Source of the DNA: a virus
Lineage: Duplodnaviria; Caudoviricetes
Length of the DNA stretch: 61,374 bases
IMG/VR virus record: IMGVR_UViG_3300037484_000565
Span: 1 to 61,374 of that record
Strand: one strand, 5' to 3'
Shown here in pieces: positions 50,171-59,564 of the stretch. Within the stretch, counting starts at the first letter, position 1, and every line of letters begins with the position of its first letter. The position numbers and the translations under genes are program-made. The notes beneath the pieces are model-generated. The model made no database searches, was not told where the DNA came from, and saw nothing but the letters and a program-made list of their open reading frames with translations.

Positions 50171-50547
50171 GTCGCGTCTTCCTCCGAGAATTGCTCCTGC
50201 TCAGACGGAGGCTCTTCATCGTATTGTTGCTCATGCTCTTCGTAGTACAAACGATCCTCTTCGCGGCGTCGCTCAGCCCGCCGCTCCTCCGCCCGACGTT
50301 CCTCTGCTTCCTCTTCCTGGCGCCGTCGCTCGCGATATTCGCAATCATCGTGTTCGGATTCGAGGCGACGCGCAGCGGATGATGGATCGCCGTAACTATG
50401 ACGAACGTCGGCTACTTGACGGCGAATCTCGCCGTCCATGCAGGAGCAGTTGCTGTATTCGCGTTCCAATTGCCCTCTGGCTTCGTAATCCTCTATGTGG
50501 CCAGAGCGCAAGTTCTCCAGGATTTGCTCGGCTCGATAACGGCTCAT
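50167..50547 (-). CDS. Hypothetical Glu/Arg-rich protein
   Basis: GGAGGAG RBS; low complexity. Confidence 0.55.
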   Translation of the reverse strand: MSRYRAEQILENLRSGHIEDYEARGQLEREYSNCSCMDGEIRRQVADVRHSYGDPSSAARRLESEHDDCEYRERRRQEEEAEERRAEERRAERRREEDRLYYEEHEQQYDEEPPSEQEQFSEEDAT

Positions 50548-50566
50548 TGAATTACTCTCCTCCCAT

Positions 50567-50600
50567 TCGGGGCGGCGGGAATCGAACCCGCTGCGCCCCG
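50567..50600 (-). ncRNA. tRNA minihelix (acceptor stem plus T arm only)
   Basis: CGGGGCG-CA-GCGGG-UUCGAUU-CCCGC-CGCCCCG-A, intergenic. Confidence 0.55.
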
Positions 50601-50613
50601 GTTCCGTTCGTCA

Positions 50614-51762
50614 CTATGCCGACTTGCCCTTCTGCGTCCGCCGCTTTTCAAAGGCGATCTGATAGACCGTCTGGAGATCGTCGCCTTCCATTTCGATGAG
50701 CGTTTGACCACCGGTCCAGTCATTGAGCAGATCTGCGGACTTCGCGGCGTCATTGTCCGACAGCGCCATTGCCGCTGACTGAATCCAGATGCGCTTGCCG
50801 TTATCGTTCATATCCGGCGGGCCGGTTTTCGTCTCGGGCTTCGGTGCGTTGTCATGGCCGGTGTTCGTGGCCCCGTCACCGGCTCTCATCTTGGACGTGT
50901 CCAAAGTGCCCTTCTCCGAAAGCCCGGTCCCGGTTTTCTTTGATTTGAAATGATCGGCCGGTGTAGAGTTGCCATCCTCGATGGATGTCAGCACTCCTTT
51001 GAGTGCGACCATTTCATCGGAACTGATCGACCGGATTTCGGCCTCTGTCGCATCGCGCTGATCCGCGAGCCACGCTTCAAGTTGATCCTTCTCCACTCCA
51101 TACTGAGAGAATGCGACCAGCATGTTCCGAATCGATTCTTCGCGATCCTTTCCGGTGCGATTCTTGACCGTTGCCTTGCAGAGATCGAACGCCTGATCGA
51201 CAACGTCGCGGGGCAGAATCTTGAGCAAGCAGTTCCGTTCGGCGATCGCGCCATGCTTGTTGACGAGTTCGCGCTTGTCACGTTCATCCGGCTTGACCCA
51301 CTTAGTCTGTCCTTCGATCTTGCGCTGGACAAGGTTCTTGAATGACGCCTGATCGGTTACATAGGAGTTCTTCTCCATGTCCCAACCATAGGCTTCGATC
51401 ACGACCTCCTCGCCGTCATCGCGGATCACGCGCTTGCCATACTTGATGTTGCCCCATTCGGCGGCTATGCCGCGCGCAAGGTTTACACTCGGACCCTCGA
51501 CAGATTTCCCCCCGCGCGGAAACTGATAGAACGCACCGTCCGCGAATCTGGAGCGACTGCACAGCTTGTTGATGTTGACGATGGCCTGATCTACGTCGCG
51601 GGGGAAATGCCGGGCCATAACGATCATGGCCTCGATCTCGGCCTTGACTTGCTGCTTATCTCGCGTCGTTTGCAATTCCGCGGTCGTCTCGGTCTGGCGT
51701 ACCAGTCCGGTCTCGGATACTGTCGTGCCCCGACTCGGGGCGCTTACTGTTGTCTCGCTCAT
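50614..51762 (-). CDS. Putative ssDNA-annealing/recombination protein
   Basis: Paired with exonuclease; FYQFPRGGKSVEGPSV.LAR.IA..WGN. Confidence 0.6.
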   Translation of the reverse strand: MSETTVSAPSRGTTVSETGLVRQTETTAELQTTRDKQQVKAEIEAMIVMARHFPRDVDQAIVNINKLCSRSRFADGAFYQFPRGGKSVEGPSVNLARGIAAEWGNIKYGKRVIRDDGEEVVIEAYGWDMEKNSYVTDQASFKNLVQRKIEGQTKWVKPDERDKRELVNKHGAIAERNCLLKILPRDVVDQAFDLCKATVKNRTGKDREESIRNMLVAFSQYGVEKDQLEAWLADQRDATEAEIRSISSDEMVALKGVLTSIEDGNSTPADHFKSKKTGTGLSEKGTLDTSKMRAGDGATNTGHDNAPKPETKTGPPDMNDNGKRIWIQSAAMALSDNDAAKSADLLNDWTGGQTLIEMEGDDLQTVYQIAFEKRRTQKGKSA

Positions 51763-52562
51763 GGTCTCCCACTCCAGAATGGGCAGGTATGCGCATAGCC
51801 GCACCACTTAGTTGAACAAACCCAAGAGGTTGGATCGGCTGGCATGAACATGCCCCGGTCAACGATTTCGGCGGCGCGTTCGATTCGTCGGAGTAGGCGC
51901 TGAACCTGATCCTGATTCCGAACGGATTCGACCGTCACCGCTTTGCGTGTCTTAGTTTTAATGAGTCCGTCGAGTACAACTTTCATCGGCAGATCGATGT
52001 TATCGAGGACGTGCGCACCGATGGCATAGAACGTGAGTTGTTCGGATCCATCGGCGTCTGATTGCGTCAGAGTCTTTCCCGACGTCTTGGTGTCCCGGAT
52101 GCCGTCCGGTTCCTGAATGTCGATCGTCCCTGCGAGATCGAAAGGGAATCCCGGCAGTTCGACCACAAACTTGCGTTCGATATGCTTCGGAGAAATGGGA
52201 TTGATGATCGGTGCCAGATCAGTCGCGTGAACTTGGGCGAGATCGATTGCCAAATCAATAGCCTCACCCATGACAGCCTTTGTGCCCCTGACGACCTCAG
52301 CCTCATCGAGCGTCACGCCCTCATTGTCCCAGCGGGTCTTGAAATCGTCGCGTACCGTGTCGCTGATTTCATCGAGACACAGAAGTTGTCCCTTGGTTTC
52401 GGCCTTGTGGCGCAGATTCCGTTCAACGGATCTATGAGTTGCGCTTCCGATCAGGAGTGCCACTCCGGGCGGGATAATGTCGCCCTCGACGTACCGCCGT
52501 CTGTACTGCTCGCCGCACTTGGCCAGCATCGAGAGTTGCGACTGGTGAAGTTGTGGCTTCAT
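51759..52562 (-). CDS. PD-(D/E)XK exonuclease (RecB/Cas4-like)
   Basis: GSATH, IER, GTIDI, DTKTS, QL.FY, C-terminal C..WCGY..C. Confidence 0.88.
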   Translation of the reverse strand: MKPQLHQSQLSMLAKCGEQYRRRYVEGDIIPPGVALLIGSATHRSVERNLRHKAETKGQLLCLDEISDTVRDDFKTRWDNEGVTLDEAEVVRGTKAVMGEAIDLAIDLAQVHATDLAPIINPISPKHIERKFVVELPGFPFDLAGTIDIQEPDGIRDTKTSGKTLTQSDADGSEQLTFYAIGAHVLDNIDLPMKVVLDGLIKTKTRKAVTVESVRNQDQVQRLLRRIERAAEIVDRGMFMPADPTSWVCSTKWCGYAHTCPFWSGRP

Positions 52563-54169
52563 TCCGCCACCGCCGGTTCATGCTCATCGGCGCCGACTAC
52601 CGCGCCGTCCTCGATGATCACAGTCGCGTCGGCGCGATTGCCGACGACTTCGAGCCAGATTTGATAACCGCGCAATTCGGCCATCTCCCGGATGATGGAC
52701 AGAGAGGTCTCATCCAGGAGCGATCCGTCCTTGATGAGGATCACCCGGAGCTGCGGATTCATCGCCATCGCCATGGCGAGCGACACGCGGAGTTGCTCCG
52801 CAGAGGACAGCTGCTCGAACAGGACGCCGTTGTAAGAGACGTCGCCGTCGGCGAATGAAAGACCCGGTATTGGGAATTCTGCGGCGGCCAGTGCATCCTC
52901 TTTCTGCTGATCGAGGGCTTCGATCTGCTCTGAATGCTTGTCGATTTCGACCGCCATGGTCCCGAGCTTGCGCGCGCGTTCGCGATACTGCGCCGCGCGG
53001 TCGATGCTGGCGTTGATGTCCGGCGCCGCGGCGATCTGCGCATCGACGTCGGACGTGTCATCGTCCGGCCATTCGCGCTTGGCGGGATCCGCCAGGTCAA
53101 CCTCTGCCATCAGGTTGGCGATCTTATCCTGCTGCGCCGTCAAGGCCGATTCGAGTTTCGCCGGTTCGCGCTCGAGTTCTCCCTGACGCTCGATCGCGGA
53201 TTTGAGCATCTGCACCGTCCGTTCGAACCCAGCGCTGAGCTCGGCAACCCTGGTATTCTGTTCCGCCAGCTTCGCCTGGAGATCGCGCAATTGCCTGCTG
53301 AGATCGTCGCGTAACGCGGAGGCGGATTCGAGTTCTCGCCCAATTCTCTTGTGCTCTGAATCGAGCGTTTCCGTCTTGTCTTTTTGAGCGGCGACTATCG
53401 GAGGGAGACCCTCGAGTGCGGACTTGATCTCATCGTGCTTCCCGATGGCAACCGCGAGGGCTTCTGATTTCTGCCGGAAGCTCTCACCCGCTTCGCGGCG
53501 AAGCCGCTTCAGCCCTTCCCTGCGATTCTTGTCCGCGAGCAGCGCCGCGACGTCGATCTTCACGCTCGGCAGATTCGCATCCGGCTCCGGCGTCTGCCGC
53601 AGCTCGCCCTCGAAATCGCGATGCTTACGCTTGAGATCGGTCCGCGAATCGTAGAGGGATTTGCGCTTGGTCGCCAGCTTGTCGAGATCGACCTCGATGT
53701 GCACGAGGCTGCTGAGCGTTTCAAAACGCATCGCTGCTTTCATCCGACTGAATTCGAGCGGATCGAAATTCAGTACGCTTGCGAGATTGTCGAGGAATCC
53801 CTGGGGGCTCGGGACGTTGAGTCCTTCCCTGGTCTTGAGCTCAAGGATTTGCCCGGTGGGTGTGAATCGCCGCGTCGCGATGTAGCGGCCAAGATCGACG
53901 CGCACGAATGCCTTCTTCTGTCCATGCCGAATCGGGTCCTTGGCGACAGCATCTTTCCCGCCCAGTCCGTAGAGGATCGAATCGAGCGCCGACGTCTTGC
54001 CCTCACCGTTGTTCCCGCCAACGATGACCAGCGGGCTTTTCGGATCGGGCGTGATGTCAACCGCTCGCAGCCGCTTCACGTTCGACGCCTGCAAGCGGAG
54101 CACCCGGAAGCCGGGTGATTTCTCGCTTGACACGACATGCTCCTCTGACTTTTTTGTGGTAGTGTCCAT
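52559..54169 (-). CDS. SMC/Rad50-like coiled-coil ATPase
   Basis: GNNGEGKTS, long coiled coil, LSSAEQ, ILIKDGSLLD. Confidence 0.85.
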   Translation of the reverse strand: MDTTTKKSEEHVVSSEKSPGFRVLRLQASNVKRLRAVDITPDPKSPLVIVGGNNGEGKTSALDSILYGLGGKDAVAKDPIRHGQKKAFVRVDLGRYIATRRFTPTGQILELKTREGLNVPSPQGFLDNLASVLNFDPLEFSRMKAAMRFETLSSLVHIEVDLDKLATKRKSLYDSRTDLKRKHRDFEGELRQTPEPDANLPSVKIDVAALLADKNRREGLKRLRREAGESFRQKSEALAVAIGKHDEIKSALEGLPPIVAAQKDKTETLDSEHKRIGRELESASALRDDLSRQLRDLQAKLAEQNTRVAELSAGFERTVQMLKSAIERQGELEREPAKLESALTAQQDKIANLMAEVDLADPAKREWPDDDTSDVDAQIAAAPDINASIDRAAQYRERARKLGTMAVEIDKHSEQIEALDQQKEDALAAAEFPIPGLSFADGDVSYNGVLFEQLSSAEQLRVSLAMAMAMNPQLRVILIKDGSLLDETSLSIIREMAELRGYQIWLEVVGNRADATVIIEDGAVVGADEHEPAVAE

Positions 54170-54228
54170 GTACCATTCACTTTCTGGCCCCGGTTCGCGC
54201 CGGGGCCGGTTTCTATTCCGAGTTTCTA

Positions 54229-54301
54229 TGCGGGTGACAGGATTCGAACCTGCGGCCTCCCGGTCCCAAGCCGGGTGCTCTGCCAACTGAGCTACACCCA
54301 C
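54229..54301 (-). tRNA. tRNA-Pro(TGG)
   Basis: Cloverleaf: GTGGGTG/CACCCGC, CCCGG-CTTGGGA-CCGGG, GGTTCGAATCC; no encoded CCA. Confidence 0.88.
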
Positions 54302-54305
54302 GAAA

Positions 54306-54379
54306 GGCCGGTGGAGGGAATCGAACCCCCGATCTGCTGATTACGAGGCAGCTGCTCTGCCAACATGAGCTACACCGGC
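54306..54379 (-). tRNA. tRNA-Thr(CGT)
   Basis: Cloverleaf: GCCGGTG/CACCGGC, anticodon loop CTCGTAA, GGTTCGATTCC; no encoded CCA. Confidence 0.85.
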
Positions 54380-54958
54380 ATGACTTCTTGGGGGCGGTGG
54401 ACTTTGGTCTGACCATTGCGAGCGTCACCTTACCAGAGGTATGGACCATGCGGACGTTCGCGAAACCTCCGCAATCCATCGCCCCACAATTGGCGTAAAC
54501 CGTTGGGGTATCATGAATCTTAGTGTGCATCTTAATTGATTGGGGCAGCTTTCTATTTCACCTCTGCCATTATGTGTGAAATGAGCGATGCGAATGAATC
54601 GCCCTGACTTTCGACTTCGCTAATGAGGCTTCTCATCGAGGTCAGAATCTTTTCTCCACCCTCAAGTACCTCAAAGCCGTCTGGGGTTACCTGAGTTGAG
54701 ACGACCCACCCACCAGATAATGCTCGGATGGTGAGTATCAACTGAGCCTTGGAGTGGGAGCCGGCCATCATCCGCCCCCGATCCGATTGAATCCCGCGAA
54801 GCCCGTTGCCGCCCAGGCGATCAGGTGATAGACGAGGAACAAACCGAAGGCGATCGCTGGCCCGAACTTTGCCAAAGACAGAGCAATCCGCCGCGCCTCT
54901 GACCGATTCAGGCGTTCGCACCGCGCGCAATGGCAGTGCGCTATATCGTGTCCGATCA

Positions 54959-55270
54959 TCATGGTTGTGGTCCTCCCATAGTGACGCTGACGCCCGGCGC
55001 AATGGGTACGGTCACGCCGACCGATCCCGATATTAAAAGAGCCTCATCCCCGGACAGCGTCCGCCGACAGAATCCTGTCGTGATTTCGATGAGGCCCCGA
55101 TCGACCAGGAAATCGAACGCATGATCGGTGCGCTTGCCGTTGAGCCCATACTCAACGGCCAGGACACGGCGTACATCTTCGAGCCGCTTGAATGCCGGCC
55201 GCGTCGACGCCGGTACGCTCGATAGTACTGTGCGCTGGATGCCGGTGAGATTCGTGCAGTCCCCGCTCAT
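54959..55270 (-). CDS. Winged-helix-like protein
   Basis: FDFLVDRGLIE..RRTLSG; ATGA-coupled. Confidence 0.5.
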   Translation of the reverse strand: MSGDCTNLTGIQRTVLSSVPASTRPAFKRLEDVRRVLAVEYGLNGKRTDHAFDFLVDRGLIEITTGFCRRTLSGDEALLISGSVGVTVPIAPGVSVTMGGPQP

Positions 55271-55560
55271 GCCGCCTTCGCCTCCGCTTTCTGCATCGGG
55301 GCGGCCGCGTTGGTCTCGCCGGCGACAGGCGCCCGGGCGGGTTTGTTCTTGAGATCGAGGACGAGCTGCGTCTTTTCGGCAGAGATGACGATCTCCTCGC
55401 CGATCATGTCCGGGAGTTGGTTCGCGTCCAGCGCGTTGCAGGGCACCTTGAATGTGATCAGCCACCACTTCTCGTGGCCGGTGGATTCGCCGCCCTCGCG
55501 CGTCGCGACGTGCTTCAACTTGACGTCGTAGAGTTCGGCGTCATTGACCCTGATTCCCAT
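55267..55560 (-). CDS. Hypothetical protein
   Basis: GAGGAGG RBS before MGIRVND. Confidence 0.6.
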   Translation of the reverse strand: MGIRVNDAELYDVKLKHVATREGGESTGHEKWWLITFKVPCNALDANQLPDMIGEEIVISAEKTQLVLDLKNKPARAPVAGETNAAAPMQKAEAKAA

Positions 55561-55601
55561 TCCGATCCTCCTCGCTTGACATCGTTTATCCCAACACTCA
55601 G

Positions 55602-55850
55602 TCAGATAGTCGCGATGGCGAGCGCACCGACGAAACCCGCCCTGATCTCGTGTTGGATGCGCGCGACCTCTTCGGACACGCGCTCGCTCTCCGCGCCGTA
55701 GCAGAGACCGCACAGGCCATCGGAGACATCGAATTCGCATGCGATGTTGTCCCACGCTAGCTCGCTCAGCGGCGCCAGGGACAACCTGTTTCCGCTGTTG
55801 TCGATAGACCGCTTACAGCAATAGCAACGGCTGACGATTGGCTTACTCAT
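55602..55850 (-). CDS. Zn-finger paralog 2
   Basis: CYCCKRS..GNRLSLAPL..W..CGLC. Confidence 0.6.
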   Translation of the reverse strand: MSKPIVSRCYCCKRSIDNSGNRLSLAPLSELAWDNIACEFDVSDGLCGLCYGAESERVSEEVARIQHEIRAGFVGALAIATI

Positions 55851-56352
55851 AATGAGCCTCCGTAACTGTGGCAGTGGTTTCGGAATAGGGACGCCGGGCG
55901 ATCGTCGCGGACCGACTGAGAGGAGAACGCGAATCGCCCGGCGTTACGTCAGCAGCGACCAAGGGGGGCGTGCTGCCGGGAAGATTTGGGGCGACGCGGT
56001 GGAGGGTAAGTCCGTCCGCTGTCGCCCCCCTTTTGGCGTCAGACCCGAGGGGGCTTGGGCGGGTCGACGCCGGGCAGGAATTCTCAACGACGCCAGAATC
56101 GGGCGCCGTACAATTCTTAGAGCCGGCGCGCTCCTCGTCCGTTACGCGCCCACGTTTCGATCTCCCTCCCCTGCCGGCTCGTGTCCGTTCAGCTAGATAT
56201 ACTTGGAGGTGCGCAATGTCCACGCGACGCTGCCGCCCCACAAATCGCACCGCGAGCTTGCCGCGCGCGATTTCGCGCTCGACGGTGCTCTCAGACACGT
56301 CGAGGAGCTCCGCGACTCGCGACAATCGCAGATGTTGGCGGATTTCACCCAT
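55843..56352 (-). CDS. Excisionase-like HTH protein
   Basis: LSRVAELLDVSESTVEREIARGKL..VGRQRRV. Confidence 0.8.
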   Translation of the reverse strand: MGEIRQHLRLSRVAELLDVSESTVEREIARGKLAVRFVGRQRRVDIAHLQVYLAERTRAGRGGRSKRGRVTDEERAGSKNCTAPDSGVVENSCPASTRPSPLGSDAKRGATADGLTLHRVAPNLPGSTPPLVAADVTPGDSRSPLSRSATIARRPYSETTATVTEAHYE

Positions 56353-56569
56353 CGGTGCGCTCCGGGGTGACGGTCAGATGATTGTCGATGGCAGCACTCC
56401 TTGCGGATGTGGTAAACGAGAAGGCCCAGCCATCGCGGGTTCGGCGCATTATCATTGGGACATCTTCGTCCGGCTCAATGCCAGCCTGGTCTTTCACCCA
56501 TTTGGGCAGCGGAACCATGACCGAATCTCCGTATCGCTTGAGAGTCACTGTAAAATCGAGAGTAGCCAC
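56345..56569 (-). CDS. AbrB/MazE-like DNA-binding protein (cro position)
   Basis: LKRYGDSVMVPLPK..QAGIEPDEDV; AAGGAG RBS. Confidence 0.75.
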   Translation of the reverse strand: MATLDFTVTLKRYGDSVMVPLPKWVKDQAGIEPDEDVPMIMRRTRDGWAFSFTTSARSAAIDNHLTVTPERTDG

Positions 56570-56590
56570 GTAAACTCCTTTCCCAGCCGC

Positions 56591-56619
56591 ACTCTACTTT
56601 GCATTACGGCAAAGGTCAA
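56591..56619 (-). promoter_or_regulatory. Lytic early promoter with palindromic operator
   Basis: TTGACC-17-TAGAGT; spacer contains CTTTGC-N6-GCAAAG (56597-56614). Confidence 0.55.
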
Positions 56620-56727
56620 GAGAAACTTGCACAATTCTTTGACGAATTTAGCAGATTTTTTGCAATTGTTTGTGGGCAAGCACTTTGCGTTATTTCCAAC
56701 GTGGGGAGAAAGAGGCGATCAGGAGCT

Positions 56728-57003
56728 ATGTCAGTCGTCGATTTCAAGCGGCGGCTCGGAATTTTGATAAGTATTACCGCGCCGTCCCAGGTAGGCTTTG
56801 CCGAGGCCATGAAGAATCATGGTCGGAAGACTCATAACTCCACTGTTAGCCGATGGATCGACCAATCTTCGCCGATGGTTCCCAACACAAAAGACCTGAT
56901 CGCCCTGGCCGAGGTTGAGCCCCGCGTTTCAATTGACTATCTGATCGGGAGGCGTCCGGCTGAGACAGTAACAGAGAAATTCATCGAGGAGCGCGTCAAA
57001 TGA
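56728..57003 (+). CDS. XRE-family repressor (CI-like, no peptidase domain)
   Basis: AGGAG RBS; SQVGFAEAM..NSTVSRW..P..L..LA..VSIDYLIG; divergent from early operon. Confidence 0.75.
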   Translation: MSVVDFKRRLGILISITAPSQVGFAEAMKNHGRKTHNSTVSRWIDQSSPMVPNTKDLIALAEVEPRVSIDYLIGRRPAETVTEKFIEERVK

Positions 57004-57105
57004 CAGTGGGGTTGGCCCGATACTGTATGGGAATTGCCCAATATCCTTATCGGGGGAATCCCTGATCCAGAACAGGATCGCGTGGACTTAGAGGAGGATG
57101 GGCTA

Positions 57106-57501
57106 ATGCGGATCGTGAACGGAATGAGCGCCCCGAACTGGTGGATAGCCATGTTCGTGCCAGTAATGGTATCAATCTGCGGATGCCTGTCCCAAGGATC
57201 GGCCCCCAATTATGATCGTCTCCTCAAATATGAGGTTGTCTCCGTGGATGATGTAGGCAACGCCGGAGAGGTCAAGGTTAAGATTACGAGCATGGCGACC
57301 AGGGAGATATTGCGCGCCCGGATCACCTGCATTGCCCTAGACGGTTCTGGGCGCGAAATCGATTTCGCCACCTGGTATGCAATCAAAGCGGCAGAGGGAT
57401 TGAGCCCAAACGAATCCACTTACTACAATTTTTTATTCGATGGACCGATCCAAGGTGCAGTGTCGTACAGTTTCAAGATCAAGGAATTAGACTGGCGTTA
57501 A
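57106..57501 (+). CDS. Putative lipoprotein (superinfection-exclusion position)
   Basis: Hydrophobic leader ending ICGC; GAGGAGG RBS. Confidence 0.55.
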   Translation: MRIVNGMSAPNWWIAMFVPVMVSICGCLSQGSAPNYDRLLKYEVVSVDDVGNAGEVKVKITSMATREILRARITCIALDGSGREIDFATWYAIKAAEGLSPNESTYYNFLFDGPIQGAVSYSFKIKELDWR

Positions 57502-57651
57502 GTAGTTCAGGATAGAAGGATAGGGGGATATCACGATCGACAGGGTGTTCTTTCTCGCGGTCATCCTGGGATTAACGCAACTCGGCCGATCGTCGCATCG
57601 CTGAAGGCGAAACAGAGTAGTCCGACCGAATTCGGTCTGGGGTGGTGAATT

Positions 57652-58116
57652 ATGTCTGACGCTTGTTGGCGTTGTCGCGTCTGCAACAGGTCCGTCTCTG
57701 AGTATGGGACCCGAATGTCGTTAGATCCAATCAGTGAGGGGACTTGGCGCAGAATAGAGTTGGACGTCATGATCGTGGATATCACCTGCCACGAATGTTT
57801 TAGATCGGAGTGCGAGCGGATGGCAAAGAGGAAAATTCCCAAGAGGCGCGAAGCGTCCGACGACCTCCAACCCTACATCGACGAGCTCGTCGCGGACGGC
57901 TGGACCTACGCTACCGCCAAGGACGATGACACCGGCAGCAACGCCATGGTGCTGGTCAAGGGCGACGAACGGATTACCCTGAGCATGGGCGTGACGACCG
58001 AGGGCGGGATGCTGTGCGCCTTCATCGGATTCGATGACGACGGCCCGGCGATGGTCCGGGAGCGCAGAGACAAGCGCGGGATTTGGCGGGTGGTCGATCC
58101 GGGGGAGGACGAATAG
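57652..58116 (+). CDS. Zn-finger paralog 3 with C-terminal extension
   Basis: CRVCNRS..GTRMSLDPI..W..IEL..VDITCHEC. Confidence 0.6.
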   Translation: MSDACWRCRVCNRSVSEYGTRMSLDPISEGTWRRIELDVMIVDITCHECFRSECERMAKRKIPKRREASDDLQPYIDELVADGWTYATAKDDDTGSNAMVLVKGDERITLSMGVTTEGGMLCAFIGFDDDGPAMVRERRDKRGIWRVVDPGEDE

Positions 58117-58430
58117 AGGATGGATAATCAGGAACAGTTTCACCTTCAGCGAAAGGAGGATGCCGATGACGCCGTTCTCAAGGCGCTCGTTTTCATCTTC
58201 CTTGGCGATGCCCGGACTTGCTGATCCGGTGTGACTCTTAGGAGGTGAAATCAGATCGGCAGGGATAATCCGGGGAAAAGAGAAATGGCGCACGGGGCTT
58301 GCACCGCCTCACGCGCCACTCTCGCCGGAACCTCACCCTCAGCAAGGTGATGGTCAATGCCCGGAGGAAATCAGAGTCATGGGTCAGCCCCAGAAAAAGC
58401 GGTAAACATTCCGTAACGGACTGACTGCAT

Positions 58431-59564
58431 TTGCCGGTTTCCTCCACGCCGATCGTTAAGCGTTTCATCGGTAGTTACGATGGAGACGGGCGTTTCGCCA
58501 TCACAATTATCATGTCTCCTGCAAAACAGAAATGGCGTTCCCTGTCGAAGCACTTCAACCGGCGGATTCGCGCGGAGAAAGATGCGGAGAATGCGCTGAA
58601 GATCTGGATCGCCGAGACCGGCATCGCCAACGCGACTCTCCAGTGGCACAACGGCAGCCCGTGCGCTGTCTACCAGGATTGGTCGGGCCCGTCGCAATCA
58701 ATCGCCAGCTTCATCGATCAATACCTCGAGGCGCAGTTCGATCGCGTCACATCTGAAACGCATCGCCATATTCAGACCTACTTAGGGCACTTCCTAAATT
58801 TCGCCGCGGCTGAGGGATTCCGGCGCCTCTCGGACATTCGCCGGCGAGACCTTGAGCGGTACGTCAGTACGGCGCCTGGCAACCCCCGCACCAAGCGTCA
58901 CTATCTCAACGCGGTCCGCGCGGCGCTCAACACGGCGCTGCGCTGGGAGCTCATCGAGTACAATCCCGCGGTCGCCATCCCGGTCCCGGTAGATCGGCAC
59001 ACGCGCGCGCGACGCTGCCTCAGCGACGTGGAGATCCGGACTATCACCGGGAGTTGGCCATCACCCGAGCGCGAGTTCGCCCTGATCGGCATTTGGGCGG
59101 GTTTACGGCTGGGCGAGATTCGGCACCTGGCCTGGGATGACATCAATCTGCAGGATGGCAGTCTCCTGGTCACAGCCAAACCGGAGTTCGCCTTCTCACC
59201 GAAAGGGACGCGGTACCGCGACGGGAGCCCGGACACGGTCCTCCTGGTCCCCTGGCTCATCGATCTCCTATCCGACCTCCCGCGCATTGGTCGGTTCGTT
59301 TTCGATCGCGGCGACGATCGACCGCTCTGGTCGGCCTGGACCTGGGAGAAACGCGTCGCCAGAGCCGCCCAGGGGGCCGCCATGGTGCATGTGAGCCCGC
59401 ATGTGTTCCGGCACACCTACTGCACCAAACTCGCGCTGGCGGGGATTAATCGGGCTTTGTGGCCCCAATTGGCGCGCCACCTCGACGCGCAGACCACGGA
59501 CCAATACGTCCACGCCACGATGGAGGACGCACGCCGGGAGCTGGGTAAGCTCCAGCCCGTCTAA
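58431..59564 (+). CDS. int: Tyrosine integrase
   Basis: GLRLGE (R), PHVFRH (HxxR), ARH, TDQY (Y); start uncertain. Confidence 0.92.
   Translation: MPVSSTPIVKRFIGSYDGDGRFAITIIMSPAKQKWRSLSKHFNRRIRAEKDAENALKIWIAETGIANATLQWHNGSPCAVYQDWSGPSQSIASFIDQYLEAQFDRVTSETHRHIQTYLGHFLNFAAAEGFRRLSDIRRRDLERYVSTAPGNPRTKRHYLNAVRAALNTALRWELIEYNPAVAIPVPVDRHTRARRCLSDVEIRTITGSWPSPEREFALIGIWAGLRLGEIRHLAWDDINLQDGSLLVTAKPEFAFSPKGTRYRDGSPDTVLLVPWLIDLLSDLPRIGRFVFDRGDDRPLWSAWTWEKRVARAAQGAAMVHVSPHVFRHTYCTKLALAGINRALWPQLARHLDAQTTDQYVHATMEDARRELGKLQPV

Noticed and set aside
54170-54530. ORF 54213-54530 and the N-terminal extension of the SMC-like ORF to 54301
   Set aside because: They overlap two well-formed tRNA genes; the ATPase more plausibly starts at 54169
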